Shown here one piece after another: positions 8,532 to 18,151 of a stretch of DNA of 41,407 nt. Made by a program: the position numbers and the translations under genes. Source of the DNA: a virus; IMG/VR virus record IMGVR_UViG_3300010285_000002. One strand, written 5' to 3'. How positions within the stretch are numbered: position 1 is the first letter of the stretch; every line of letters begins with the position of its first letter. A model generated the notes under the pieces. It searched no databases. It was not told where the DNA came from and was given only the letters and a program-made list of their open reading frames with translations.

Positions 8532-8557
8532 TAGAGCCATGTAGGCTCTATTTTTTT
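8532..8557 (+). terminator. intrinsic terminator ending the early operon
   Basis: Stem TAGAGCC/GGCTCTA with a 5-nt loop, followed by T7. Confidence 0.7.
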
Positions 8558-8626
8558 ATATCTACATCCTATGTGGCCGGTTCATCAAGAGCCGGCTAAA
8601 CTATTTATGCAAAAAGAGGTGATACC

Positions 8627-9016
8627 ATGGCGAGCAAGCCAAAGAAACCATGTTGTAAAGTAGGTTGCCGCAACTTGACAACAGAACGATATTGTAGCAA
8701 CCATCAACATATAGCAGAGCAGGAGAACAAGGATAGATACAAATACTACGACCAATATCAGAGAGACAAGAAGACCGCAAAGTTCTATAACTCTGCGGAG
8801 TGGAAGAGTCTAAAGCAGCAAGCGTTAATACGTGACAAAGGATTGTGTCAAGACTGTTTGGAAAATCAAAAGATAACAATGGCTACAGAAGTAGACCACA
8901 TCATACCAATCAAAGAGAGATGGGATCTGAGGTTAGTATTGGGCAACCTTAGGTCCCTTTGTCATAGGTGCCACATGAGAAAGACAGCGCGAGACAGAAA
9001 AAAGTACCAAAGTTAG
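8627..9016 (+). CDS. HNH endonuclease (packaging-associated)
   Basis: Motifs CQDC...EVDHIIPI...LCHRCHMRKT. It lies immediately upstream of the terminase genes. Confidence 0.85.
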   Translation: MASKPKKPCCKVGCRNLTTERYCSNHQHIAEQENKDRYKYYDQYQRDKKTAKFYNSAEWKSLKQQALIRDKGLCQDCLENQKITMATEVDHIIPIKERWDLRLVLGNLRSLCHRCHMRKTARDRKKYQS

Positions 9017-9140
9017 AACGACTGTTCGATTATAGGGGTAGGGGGTAGGCAAAATGTTTGAAAGGGCGGCGTAGATACCGCGTGCCCCCTCGCGTGTGAA
9101 AAAATGTCCCCGAAAAATTTCCAAAAAGGAGGTGGCGACG

Positions 9141-9626
9141 TTGGGGAATCCTGTAATTGATTTTTCAAAAATGCAAGTAGGTCAAAAAGGCGGAGGAAAA
9201 CATTGGACAAAAAAGGAAGTCGAAGCGCGTCAACGCGCCGCCGCCAAAATGACAAGGGCAAAAAAGAAAAACCTCAAGATGCCAGATTGGCTCGACGAAG
9301 AGGCTCAAAAAGTCTGGAAGAAAACTCTTAGGGATATGAAAGACTTTGACGTGCTTGACAAAGTTGACGAAGACGTGCTTGCTGCATACTGCGATGCGGT
9401 AGCAAGACACAAAGAATTAGCTGCAATTATCCGCGAGAGAGGATACACAACGTTTAATTCCACAGGATCAGAGGTTGAAGCTCCATGGGTGAAGACGCAT
9501 CAAAGCTACACTAGATTGATAATCCAGTGTAGCGATAAACTTGGCCTGAATGCAAATTCAAGGGCACGACTAGCACGTAAAATAGCACAAGAGGAGACGG
9601 ATCCAAATGAAGACCTCTTTGATTAA
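9141..9626 (+). CDS. terS: terminase small subunit (P27-like)
   Basis: Position, size and helical content fit TerS. TTG 9141 lies 7 nt after AAGGAGGTG. The track start at 9096 has no RBS. Confidence 0.7.
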   Translation: MGNPVIDFSKMQVGQKGGGKHWTKKEVEARQRAAAKMTRAKKKNLKMPDWLDEEAQKVWKKTLRDMKDFDVLDKVDEDVLAAYCDAVARHKELAAIIRERGYTTFNSTGSEVEAPWVKTHQSYTRLIIQCSDKLGLNANSRARLARKIAQEETDPNEDLFD

Positions 9627-11418
9627 TCTTCCAAAGGATTTGAGCGAGCTGCATCCAACACACAGGTATGCGGTTGAAATCGTGGCAGGGCTTAGACCGT
9701 CGAATGAATTAGAATGGCTAGCGTGTGAACGTCACTTGAAAGATTTGCAGCGTCAAGGAACCGAGGAATTCCCGTACGTGTTCGATGAAACACGAGCAAA
9801 CAGGATATTTGACTGGTTTGAACGTTGTTGTAAACATGTTAGAGGTCCGTTTAGCGGTCAATATATACAACTACTACCGTTTCAAAAATTCGACCTCGGA
9901 TGTGTGTTTGGCTGGGTACATAAAGATACTGGAAAACGGAGGTTCAACCGTTCATACAACGAAAGAGCAAGAGGAAACGTAAAATCAACTGAAATGTCAG
10001 GTATTGCACTATACGGTATGTGCGGAGACTGTGTATACCCACCATACGACCCAAGCCAAAAGCGGTATGAGGATATGCCGGAAGTTGAATGCGCTGCTGT
10101 AGACAGGCAACAAGCAAAACGTGTTTGGGGCGATGCTCAAAAGATGGGGGAAGGAAGCCCGGATATCGCTAAAAGGTTAAGAATCAAGCGCACATATATC
10201 GAGCACGGCACTAGAGGAGGATGGCTTAGACCGCTATCCAAGGACACCAAAAACAAGGATTCCGGCGCGCCTTGTATGGTTATCATAGATGAGTATCACG
10301 CTCATCCAACTTCTGAAATTGTGGATGTGCTTTATTCCGGTTTTGGTAAGAGATTGCAGTCTCTGATGATGATAATTACGACAGCTGGAAAAAACGCAGA
10401 GAATAACCCTTGCAAAAAAGAGCGCGACATGCTCGAAAAAATGCTTCGCGGTGAAATACCTATGATCGAGACCTATTTTGCGATGATCCGGACGCTAGAC
10501 AAGGAGGACGATCCGCACGACGAAAGTAAATGGGTTAAGGCAAATCCAATTTTGCAAGAAGATAACGAGTACAGTAGAGAGTTACTCAAACAGATACGGA
10601 CTGAACATGACGAGGCGTTCAATTCCGGTGACCCCGCGAAGATTCGCGAATGGCTTACTAAGCGCGTAAATCTATGGCAGGATGACAGCGAAGAAAAATA
10701 CATGGCTGGTATTATGGGCAAATGGAAAGCTTTGGCCGTGTCACGAAAAGAGTTTTTGGAACTGATTCGCGGACTCGAAGGTTGGGTAGGCGTCGATATG
10801 TCTAAGAGAATAGACCTTACTGCCGACGCACATGTATTTTGGCTCCCTGACGGACGATTAGCCGTAACCGCCCATGGATTTATGCCGGAAGAAACCGCAA
10901 CAAGGCACGAACATACTGACCGAGTACCTTATAAGCAATGGGCGAAAGACGGTTGGTGCACACTTACACCAGGCGCAGTAACGGACTATAAATATATAAC
11001 AAATCATCTTGACGAATTTGAGTTTGATAACGGAGTTAAAATTCTTGAAGAATGCTACGACCCGTACAATGCAACTCATTTTATGTTAGAGAGAGCTGCT
11101 GCTGGGAAAGAGGTAATTGAAATATCACAAAACTTCTTAACACTATCTGAACCAACGAAATATTTCCGTGAACTCGTATTACAGGGCAAAGTTGTTCACG
11201 ACGGCAACCCGCTTTTGACATGGTGCCTATCAAATGCGGTTGAAATCACAGATAGCAACGGGAATATCAAACTGAGCAAAAAACACAAGGACGACAGTCA
11301 ACGCATTGACCTTGCAGCTGCAGTAATTAACGCGCTGGTGAGAGCCATGTTGAATGAAGCCCCGCCGGACGTAAGCGAATTTGCCGAAGAAGACTTTCTA
11401 AATAAATTATGGGGGTGA
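9607..11418 (+). CDS. terL: terminase large subunit
   Basis: 603 aa. ATPase and nuclease layout with the IIDEYHAH Walker B-like motif. Lies downstream of TerS with an overlap. Confidence 0.95.
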   Translation: MKTSLINLPKDLSELHPTHRYAVEIVAGLRPSNELEWLACERHLKDLQRQGTEEFPYVFDETRANRIFDWFERCCKHVRGPFSGQYIQLLPFQKFDLGCVFGWVHKDTGKRRFNRSYNERARGNVKSTEMSGIALYGMCGDCVYPPYDPSQKRYEDMPEVECAAVDRQQAKRVWGDAQKMGEGSPDIAKRLRIKRTYIEHGTRGGWLRPLSKDTKNKDSGAPCMVIIDEYHAHPTSEIVDVLYSGFGKRLQSLMMIITTAGKNAENNPCKKERDMLEKMLRGEIPMIETYFAMIRTLDKEDDPHDESKWVKANPILQEDNEYSRELLKQIRTEHDEAFNSGDPAKIREWLTKRVNLWQDDSEEKYMAGIMGKWKALAVSRKEFLELIRGLEGWVGVDMSKRIDLTADAHVFWLPDGRLAVTAHGFMPEETATRHEHTDRVPYKQWAKDGWCTLTPGAVTDYKYITNHLDEFEFDNGVKILEECYDPYNATHFMLERAAAGKEVIEISQNFLTLSEPTKYFRELVLQGKVVHDGNPLLTWCLSNAVEITDSNGNIKLSKKHKDDSQRIDLAAAVINALVRAMLNEAPPDVSEFAEEDFLNKLWG

Positions 11419-11422
11419 TACG

Positions 11423-12229
11423 TTGAGTAAAAACTACGCACCGAAATCCGGAAACATTGTAGGTCAAGACGGCCAAATACAAAATATCGTCGATTTATTG
11501 GGCGGCGGAACGCCTGTGTCAGACGAAGTGCACGACATTCGACGCTATGCGCCCATGGGCGGACTTGTAATTGGTAGCGACGGCAAGGCCTACGATTTGA
11601 TTAAGCTACTAAAAAATATTACCAATGGTGAGATTTCATATGATTTAGAAGAAAGATTATCATTAATTGAAGATGATCTTGATATAATTAAAGCAGCCAT
11701 TGGCAATGGAAATTATGAAATAATGAGCTATATTAATGTTGTAGCTCCTCCACCTGAAAGTAATAAAAAATTTGCATATTGGATAGATCAAGATAATAAT
11801 ATTCTTTGCTACACTCCTTTATATGGATTTTACAGCATAAGAGATGTTCAATTAACTCCTGTTTATGTAGATGAATCAGTAGAAGTTGAAAGAAAAGGAA
11901 ATAGTATGGTAACTGTTGTATCTCCACTTGATAAGAAAATAATTTTTATTGTTGAAAGATGTATTCCACCTGAAAATAGTATAGTAACACATGGTTTGAT
12001 TGTAACCAATAACGCTTCAATAGGAACTAATGAAAATGCTTTTGTAATTGGAGGTTCTGGAGTTTTGAAAGCAGAATCATCAACTAAGAGTGGAGTTGGT
12101 ATATACAAGGTTACTAAAACCGCAAATTCTGGAGAGACATGGTACGCTAGAGGGTTTATAACTCATCAAGATAGCAACAATAATATCGAGACCGTATATA
12201 GTTCAATAGTTAGTGGTACAGCACTATAA
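11423..12229 (+). CDS. fibre/decoration-like protein A, whose N-terminal module is paralogous to the next gene
   Basis: N-terminus has two copies of a roughly 24-aa motif (YAPKSGNIVGQDGQIQNIVDLL and YAPMGGLVIGSDGKAYDLIKLL). TTG start follows a GGGGGTGA RBS. Confidence 0.65.
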   Translation: MSKNYAPKSGNIVGQDGQIQNIVDLLGGGTPVSDEVHDIRRYAPMGGLVIGSDGKAYDLIKLLKNITNGEISYDLEERLSLIEDDLDIIKAAIGNGNYEIMSYINVVAPPPESNKKFAYWIDQDNNILCYTPLYGFYSIRDVQLTPVYVDESVEVERKGNSMVTVVSPLDKKIIFIVERCIPPENSIVTHGLIVTNNASIGTNENAFVIGGSGVLKAESSTKSGVGIYKVTKTANSGETWYARGFITHQDSNNNIETVYSSIVSGTAL

Positions 12230-12253
12230 ACAGTATACCAGGAGGTATTACTA

Positions 12254-13651
12254 ATGAATTACAACCCAATGACCGGACGTATAATTAATGAAAATGGTGA
12301 AATTCAAAATATTGTTGATCTATTAGGTGGAAGTAATCCAATATCTGACGCGACATATAACATTAAACATTATGCCCCAAAAAGCGGTAATGTAATTGGT
12401 GAAGATGGAAAAGTATATAACTTAGTTCAATTAATAAAAAATTTTAGTGGCGGCGGAGGTGGAGGTGGAGGCGGAGGCGGCCCTGTAGCTTGGAGTGACG
12501 TACAGGGCAAACCGTCAACATACCCGCCTACCGAACACAGTCATGATGCCAGGTACTATACAAAGCAGGATATTGACAATGCCGGATACTTGCTTGCTCA
12601 ACCAGATGGTGAGACGGTGCATGTACAAGGCGGCGAATTGAAAGCTAAAACTCTGACGGGGCTACAGTTGGGTGTATCTCAACTCAATGCTTGGCTGGCC
12701 GGTACAGAGGGCAATATCCAAAGCCAATTCAACGACATATACATGACACTCGCCGCACTTTCTTCAGGTATGAGATACAGAGGCAAATTTGAATCAAAAT
12801 CAGGCCTCGACAGCGTCACAATTAAAGACAATGGCGATTTGGCCGTTGTGCTTTCCGACGAGACACGCGGCGGAGCACGCAGCCTGTATGTCTACAACGA
12901 TTCACTCGGCATATGGGACTTCGTCGGCGCGTTCGAGTTTTCCGACGCTTTTACGTCGCTCACCGACACCCCCAATGCCTATGACAGCGGCAAACTGCTG
13001 CGCTCCGGCACCAATGGCCTGTACTTTGACACCATCAAATGGGATGAGATCGACGGTCGCCCCGAACCCTCCAAAGCCGCTATAGAGCAAGCTGTTAACA
13101 AGGCGCACACGCACGCTAAGACGGATGCAGAGATATCAAATGCGGTTGAACTGGCGCATCCACATCCCAACATAGCCGCACTCAACCGCATCGGCATCGA
13201 CGCGCAAGGGCGCATAACCGTTGATGGTATGCCCTATATTCTACAACGGAGTTTTTTGGTTGCTCGATTTAGCAATCACTACACCACTTCGACGGACGGA
13301 GAGATCTTGAAGTTCGACCAAAAAGTGGCTGGGGACATTCCGCTCAATACTTCGACCGGAAAATTCACACTCCAGGCGGGTAAGCGATACCTCGTCATCG
13401 CAAATTTCAACGGGGATACACAGCGCGGTTACGCAGCAGTCCTGTATCTGAGATCAAACGGTGTTGATAACGTGAACGACAACTCGCGAACATCGCTTTA
13501 TAACAGACGCTATGAAGGCGACGAAATAACGTCTGGAAACATCGTAACCGTCGTTATCCCGACCGCCACACAAGAATACTGGGTGTACTGCAACCGATCT
13601 GGATACAGGTTTTTCTCGAGCGGAACTAACCTGACGGTGATTGAGTTTTGA
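12254..13651 (+). CDS. fibre-like protein B: paralogous N-module, Gly11 linker, KPSTYPPTEHSH fibre motif and a C1q/TNF-like C-terminal head
   Basis: N-terminus has GRIINENGEIQNIVDLL and YAPKSGNVIGEDGKVYNLVQLI. Eleven Gly codons lie at 12449-12481. The C-terminus FLVARFS...TGKFTLQAGKRYLV resembles a C1q-type jelly-roll. Confidence 0.7.
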   Translation: MNYNPMTGRIINENGEIQNIVDLLGGSNPISDATYNIKHYAPKSGNVIGEDGKVYNLVQLIKNFSGGGGGGGGGGGPVAWSDVQGKPSTYPPTEHSHDARYYTKQDIDNAGYLLAQPDGETVHVQGGELKAKTLTGLQLGVSQLNAWLAGTEGNIQSQFNDIYMTLAALSSGMRYRGKFESKSGLDSVTIKDNGDLAVVLSDETRGGARSLYVYNDSLGIWDFVGAFEFSDAFTSLTDTPNAYDSGKLLRSGTNGLYFDTIKWDEIDGRPEPSKAAIEQAVNKAHTHAKTDAEISNAVELAHPHPNIAALNRIGIDAQGRITVDGMPYILQRSFLVARFSNHYTTSTDGEILKFDQKVAGDIPLNTSTGKFTLQAGKRYLVIANFNGDTQRGYAAVLYLRSNGVDNVNDNSRTSLYNRRYEGDEITSGNIVTVVIPTATQEYWVYCNRSGYRFFSSGTNLTVIEF

Positions 13652-13677
13652 GCCCAGTTAATCGCTGGGCTTTTTTT
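13651..13677 (+). terminator. intrinsic terminator between fibre gene B and portal
   Basis: Stem AGCCCAG/CTGGGCT with a 7-nt loop, followed by a T-run. Confidence 0.75.
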
Positions 13678-15024
13678 ATGACGAAAGGCGGTGAGAAATT
13701 GGGAATTAGAGATTACGTCAGGCGATGGCTCGGAATTGACGAGAAACGCGAAACGTTAGAGCTGAACAAAGACGACCGCAGACTTGCAGAAATCCTCGGC
13801 CTTGATATAGATGGTGTAGATGTGAAAGGTAAGGGGGCTCTTAAGGTCGATACGGTATATGCTTGCATACGTATTCGATCCGAATCTGTGGCGAAACTGC
13901 CGCTCAAGGTATACCAAGAAGATGAATACGGAGTCCGAAAACAAAATAAGCACCATGTAGCTCGACTACTAAAACTCAGGCCGAACCCGTTTATGAGTGC
14001 TTACGACTTCTGGAAGACTCTTGAGACTCAAAATTGCCTGTACGGCAATGCTTTCGCAAATATCGAGTTCGATCGGCGAACCGGAAAACCTATTGGATTA
14101 TGGCCGATAGACAGCACTAAGGTTACAGTCTACGTTGATGAGGATACCGGAATGTCGAATATAATGCAACCGAAATCGAAGCTATGGTACGTGGTAGACC
14201 TCGGCCACGAGAAACGAAAGGTTTCGGAAGATGAAATGCTGCATTTTCGCGGAGGCTTGACACTCAACGGTATAGTAGGACTTTCACCGATTGACCAACT
14301 TAAGGCAACCGTTGAAAATCAAGGGCAATCCAATGAATTCATAAACAAATTCTATAAGCAAGGGTTGCAAGTCAAAGGACTTGTGCAATATGTAGGAGAT
14401 TTGAACGAAGATGCCAAGCGCACATTCCGTGAGAAATTTGAATCAATGTCGAGCGGGCTGAACAACGCCCACAGAATTGCACTTATGCCGATTGGATACA
14501 AGTTTGAGCCGATAGCATTGACCTTGCAAGATGCACAGTTTCTAGAAAACGCGCAATTGACCATCCGGCAAATCGCGGCAGCATTCGGTATCAAAATGCA
14601 CCAATTGAACGATTTGAGCCGGGCAACCTATAACAACACTACAGAGCAGCAAAAAGAATTCTACACTGACACGCTACAACCTATTCTCACAGGATATGAA
14701 CAGGAGTTGACCTATAAGTTGTTCCTCGATGATGAGATCGAGAACGGGTACTTCACCAGGTTCAACGCTGACGCGATTCTTCGAGCTGATATAAAGTCGA
14801 GGTACGAGGCATATCGCTTGGCAATTCAAGCAGGATTTAAAACGCCAAATGAAGTTCGAGCACTAGAAGAAGATCCGCCGAAGGAAGGCGGAGATCAACT
14901 CATTGTCAACGGAAATATGGTACCTTTGACAGAAGTGGGTGCAGCTTACCGCAAAGGAGGTGAAAAAAGTGGGCAAAGCAAACAAGATGACGGTACAGAA
15001 GGAAATCAGAGCGCTGCCGACTAA
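13678..15024 (+). CDS. portal protein (HK97 family)
   Basis: About 450 aa in portal position. The start is uncertain: ATG 13678, or TTG 13699 after a GGCGGTGAG RBS. The track start at 13648 lies inside the terminator. Confidence 0.9.
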   Translation: MTKGGEKLGIRDYVRRWLGIDEKRETLELNKDDRRLAEILGLDIDGVDVKGKGALKVDTVYACIRIRSESVAKLPLKVYQEDEYGVRKQNKHHVARLLKLRPNPFMSAYDFWKTLETQNCLYGNAFANIEFDRRTGKPIGLWPIDSTKVTVYVDEDTGMSNIMQPKSKLWYVVDLGHEKRKVSEDEMLHFRGGLTLNGIVGLSPIDQLKATVENQGQSNEFINKFYKQGLQVKGLVQYVGDLNEDAKRTFREKFESMSSGLNNAHRIALMPIGYKFEPIALTLQDAQFLENAQLTIRQIAAAFGIKMHQLNDLSRATYNNTTEQQKEFYTDTLQPILTGYEQELTYKLFLDDEIENGYFTRFNADAILRADIKSRYEAYRLAIQAGFKTPNEVRALEEDPPKEGGDQLIVNGNMVPLTEVGAAYRKGGEKSGQSKQDDGTEGNQSAAD

Positions 15025-15595
15025 AATCGAGATCCGTGCTGATGAAAATGAAACCGGCAAGCGCACAATTACGGGCGCAATCAAATACGAGACTGATTCG
15101 GCTGACTTCATCGATTGGTACGGCGACACGTGGATTGAACAGATTGCTTCTGGAGCTTTTGCAGAAAGCTTGAAAGTTCGCAATGTAGTAGGACTCTGGA
15201 GTCACGATACTGCGCAAGTATTAGGTAGTACAAAATCAGGGACTTTGAGAATAACAGACAGCGATAAAGAGCTTAGTTTTGAACTCGATATTCCAGACAC
15301 ACAAGCAGGTAACGACGCTTGGACACTCATCAAGCGCGGCGACGTGGACGGAGTATCGTTTGGAATGAAGGTAACAAAAGATAAGTGGTCAACAGAAGAG
15401 CGCGACGGGAAGAAAATATACAAAAGAACCATATTGAGTGCAGAATTGTACGAAATCAGCCCGGTAGCGTTTCCAGCATATCCAGCAAATGAAGTATCTG
15501 CCCGCGGACTTGAGGAATTCAAAGCTTCCGAGCAGCGAGCAGCAGATCAATATGAAAAAGAAAAGTTACTTATTGAACTCGATCTTTACGGTTGA
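14969..15595 (+). CDS. prohead protease (HK97/S78 family)
   Basis: Lies between portal and capsid. Motifs GLWSHD and DGVSFG. GTG 14969 follows an AAAGGAGGTG RBS. Confidence 0.85.
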   Translation: MGKANKMTVQKEIRALPTKIEIRADENETGKRTITGAIKYETDSADFIDWYGDTWIEQIASGAFAESLKVRNVVGLWSHDTAQVLGSTKSGTLRITDSDKELSFELDIPDTQAGNDAWTLIKRGDVDGVSFGMKVTKDKWSTEERDGKKIYKRTILSAELYEISPVAFPAYPANEVSARGLEEFKASEQRAADQYEKEKLLIELDLYG

Positions 15596-15644
15596 GTTTA
15601 ATTTTTTAAAAATTCTAAAAAAAAATCTAGGAGAGTGAATAAAT

Positions 15645-16838
15645 ATGACAAAGGAATTAAGATCACTACTTGCAAAACTTGAAACAGCGAAAACAGAGGC
15701 GCGATCCTTGTTAGCGGAAGACAAGGTAACAGAAGCAAAAGAAAAGATGGACGAAGTTCGTACACTCCAATCAAAAATTGACGCTATGAGAGAACTGGAA
15801 GAAATAGAAGCTCGCGGACTTGGCGGCACCGAATTGAACGATGACGGTAACGTTGCAGAGCGCGATATGCAGGAACTAGAGGCAGAATATCGCAGCATAT
15901 TCTTGCAAGGTATTCGAAGAAGACCGATATCATCGGAGCAGCGTTCCATCATCCGTGAATACGAACGCAGGGCAGTTATGAACGAAGGTAACACCAACCC
16001 AGCTATTTCTGATGGAGACGTTGGTATTATTGTTCCCCAAGACATACAAACACAAATCAATACACTTATGCGTCAGTGGAACGACCTAAGCCAGTACGTA
16101 ACAATTGAGAACGTAACAACTCTTTCAGGTTCTAGAGTATTAGAAACTGACGCGGACATGACACCGTTCCAAGTAGTAGACGAATACGGACAAATTCAGG
16201 AGACTGATAATCCGAAGTTCACAAGCATTAGCTACAAACTTAAGAAGCGTGCTGGATATCTACCTCTTACAAACGAGCTATTGTCAGACAACGATGCAAA
16301 TTTGCTCAGCTACGTGAACAATTGGATTGCAAAAAAGGCAGCGCATACAAGAAATACTCAAATCATATCACTTCTCAACACTTTAACGCCGCAGACATTA
16401 GCTGATCTCAAGGCGATTAATAAGGTGCTCAATGTCGAACTCGACCCGGCTATAAGCCAAACAGCAGTTATACTAACCAATCAAGATGGATGGGATTGGC
16501 TCGATAATCAAGTTGACGGAAATGGACGCCCAATTCTACAAGATGATTTCACACAACCGGGCAGAAAGATGTATAAAGGTCGTCCTATTGTTGTCGTATC
16601 AAATCGCCATCTGCCGAGCGATGCAACCAAAGCACTAGCACCACTCATCATTGGTAACCTCAAACAGTTCATGGTGCTATTCAATCGCAAATTCTTCGAA
16701 CTATCTTCTACTAAAGAAGGCGGCGACGCATGGAGACGCGATACCACAGAATTAAGAACCATCATGCGTGACGACTACGTGAAATGGGACGCCACTGCCG
16801 CTGTGTACGGACAGCTCGATATCTCACCTACACCATAA
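15645..16838 (+). CDS. major capsid protein (HK97 fold) with N-terminal coiled-coil delta domain
   Basis: 397 aa. Charged helical N-terminus. Lies after the protease with a strong RBS. Confidence 0.9.
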   Translation: MTKELRSLLAKLETAKTEARSLLAEDKVTEAKEKMDEVRTLQSKIDAMRELEEIEARGLGGTELNDDGNVAERDMQELEAEYRSIFLQGIRRRPISSEQRSIIREYERRAVMNEGNTNPAISDGDVGIIVPQDIQTQINTLMRQWNDLSQYVTIENVTTLSGSRVLETDADMTPFQVVDEYGQIQETDNPKFTSISYKLKKRAGYLPLTNELLSDNDANLLSYVNNWIAKKAAHTRNTQIISLLNTLTPQTLADLKAINKVLNVELDPAISQTAVILTNQDGWDWLDNQVDGNGRPILQDDFTQPGRKMYKGRPIVVVSNRHLPSDATKALAPLIIGNLKQFMVLFNRKFFELSSTKEGGDAWRRDTTELRTIMRDDYVKWDATAAVYGQLDISPTP

Positions 16839-16843
16839 TATAT

Positions 16844-16862
16844 GGGCGGCTAAAAACCGCCC
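16844..16862 (+). terminator. weak hairpin after the capsid gene (possible partial terminator)
   Basis: Stem GGGCGG/CCGCCC followed by a poor T-tract. Confidence 0.3.
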
Positions 16863-16884
16863 TAATCTATTTGGAGGTAACAAC

Positions 16885-17064
16885 ATGGCAAAAGTGATCA
16901 AAGTTTTTAGGGAGAGGCAACACAACTATAAACGTTATGAAATAGGAGACGACTACCCCGAAAACGACGAAAAGCGCGTAGCGTATTTAGTCGGGCAAGG
17001 TTTCTTAGAAAAACCTAAGTCTAAGAGCAAGAAAGGTGCTGATAAGGATGGTACTGACACTTGA
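16885..17064 (+). CDS. small head-module protein (59 aa, MAKVIKVFRERQH...), below the track cutoff
   Basis: ATG follows a TTGGAGGT RBS. The ORF fills the capsid-connector gap and overlaps the next gene. Confidence 0.55.
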   Translation: MAKVIKVFRERQHNYKRYEIGDDYPENDEKRVAYLVGQGFLEKPKSKSKKGADKDGTDT

Positions 17065-17338
17065 AGAAGCCAAAACATGGCTAAGAATTGACAGCGACGA
17101 AGAGGACAGTATACTAGAAATGCTAATCGGGGCAGCGGAAACATATCTTCATAACGCAACCGGGAATAGATTCAGCTCAGAGAATCAACTTGCAAAGATG
17201 TATTGTCTAGTCCTCTGCGCTGATTGGTATGAAAACCGAGATTTAATAGGGCAACAGCCATCCGAAAAAATAAGGTTCACGTGTCAATCTATTATGGCAC
17301 AATTGCAGCATGCTTACGGCGGTGATGAAGATGGCTAA
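17048..17338 (+). CDS. head-tail connector (gp6-like)
   Basis: LTLEEAKTWLRIDSDEEDSILEMLIGAAETYL is the typical signature. Confidence 0.8.
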   Translation: MVLTLEEAKTWLRIDSDEEDSILEMLIGAAETYLHNATGNRFSSENQLAKMYCLVLCADWYENRDLIGQQPSEKIRFTCQSIMAQLQHAYGGDEDG

Positions 17339-17669
17339 GTTATTGGTGAACAAGTTGAATACCAGAATTACTTTTTTGCGAAGAGAATCAACCAGAGATG
17401 AATACGGAGAACCTTATGACGAATGGACTCCAGTAAAAACCGTATGGGCAAGCAAATTTGACCTCATGGGTACAGATTTTTATGCGGCGCAGACCTCGGA
17501 TACAAAAGTTGAAGTGAAGTTCAGTTGCAGGTACACAAAAGACGTATCGAAAGATATGCGCATTCAATGTGGCAACGAAATATACGATATTGTCGGCGTG
17601 CCAATTGACGTGGACAACAAACACAGGGAATTGCTTATATATGCCAGGCTGGTGAATGCGTATGACTAG
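17331..17669 (+). CDS. head closure / head-tail adaptor (SPP1 gp16-like)
   Basis: LNTRITFLRR...DEYGE..W pattern. Its ATG overlaps the previous stop codon. Confidence 0.75.
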   Translation: MAKLLVNKLNTRITFLRRESTRDEYGEPYDEWTPVKTVWASKFDLMGTDFYAAQTSDTKVEVKFSCRYTKDVSKDMRIQCGNEIYDIVGVPIDVDNKHRELLIYARLVNAYD

Positions 17670-18150
17670 AGTATATTTCAAAGTAGAAGGAATGAAAGAA
17701 CTACAAAAAAGCCTAAAAAAACTCGGGAAAGTACCTCAAAAGCATGTAACTTCAACATCTAAAAAGGCTATGAATATTGTATTACGACAAGCGAAAAAAG
17801 ATGCACCTGAGGAAACTGGGGCATTAAAACAGGGTATGATATTACATGGTGAAAAAAGCCGGTACAAAGCTAAAAAAGTGTATCAAGTTATATTTGACCC
17901 AAGCATGAATGATGTGTTTCAAAAGCCGGTTAAAAATGTTGGCGAATCTGGCAGCCCTCATGCAAAGAATCCTGCTTACTATCCTTTTTCTCAAGAATAC
18001 GGCTTTTTTGCTAGGGACGGAAAGTATATTCCTGGATTTAGGTTTTTGCATAATAGTCTAGCCAACAATGCACAAAAGATGGAAAAGAGCATTGTTGATA
18101 CGATGAAAAAGAAAATCGACCAAGAAATAAGAAAGGTGGGACTGAATTGA
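17656..18150 (+). CDS. HK97 gp10-family tail-completion protein
   Basis: Position and the motif AKKDAPEETGALKQG. Confidence 0.7.
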   Translation: MRMTRVYFKVEGMKELQKSLKKLGKVPQKHVTSTSKKAMNIVLRQAKKDAPEETGALKQGMILHGEKSRYKAKKVYQVIFDPSMNDVFQKPVKNVGESGSPHAKNPAYYPFSQEYGFFARDGKYIPGFRFLHNSLANNAQKMEKSIVDTMKKKIDQEIRKVGLN

Positions 18151-18151
18151 T

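Noticed and set aside
8347-8544. 65-aa alternative-frame ORF overlapping the end of the late-regulator gene.
   Set aside because: It has no RBS, overlaps a supported gene and runs into the terminator hairpin.
12449-12481. The Gly-codon run as a slippage-prone contingency (phase-variation) repeat.
   Set aside because: The codons are a mix of GGC, GGA and GGT rather than a pure mono- or trinucleotide tract, and unit changes would stay in frame. It is more likely a flexible linker and a recombination joint.
12789-13085. 98-aa + strand alternative-frame ORF, plus minus-strand ORFs 12902-13215, within fibre gene B.
   Set aside because: They lie in the GC-rich segment, where stop codons are rare in every frame. 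They have no RBS and Ala/Pro/Arg-rich nonsense composition.
13648-13677. Portal start at TTG 13648.
   Set aside because: These codons are the stem-loop and T-run of the terminator. Later starts at 13678 or 13699 are more plausible.
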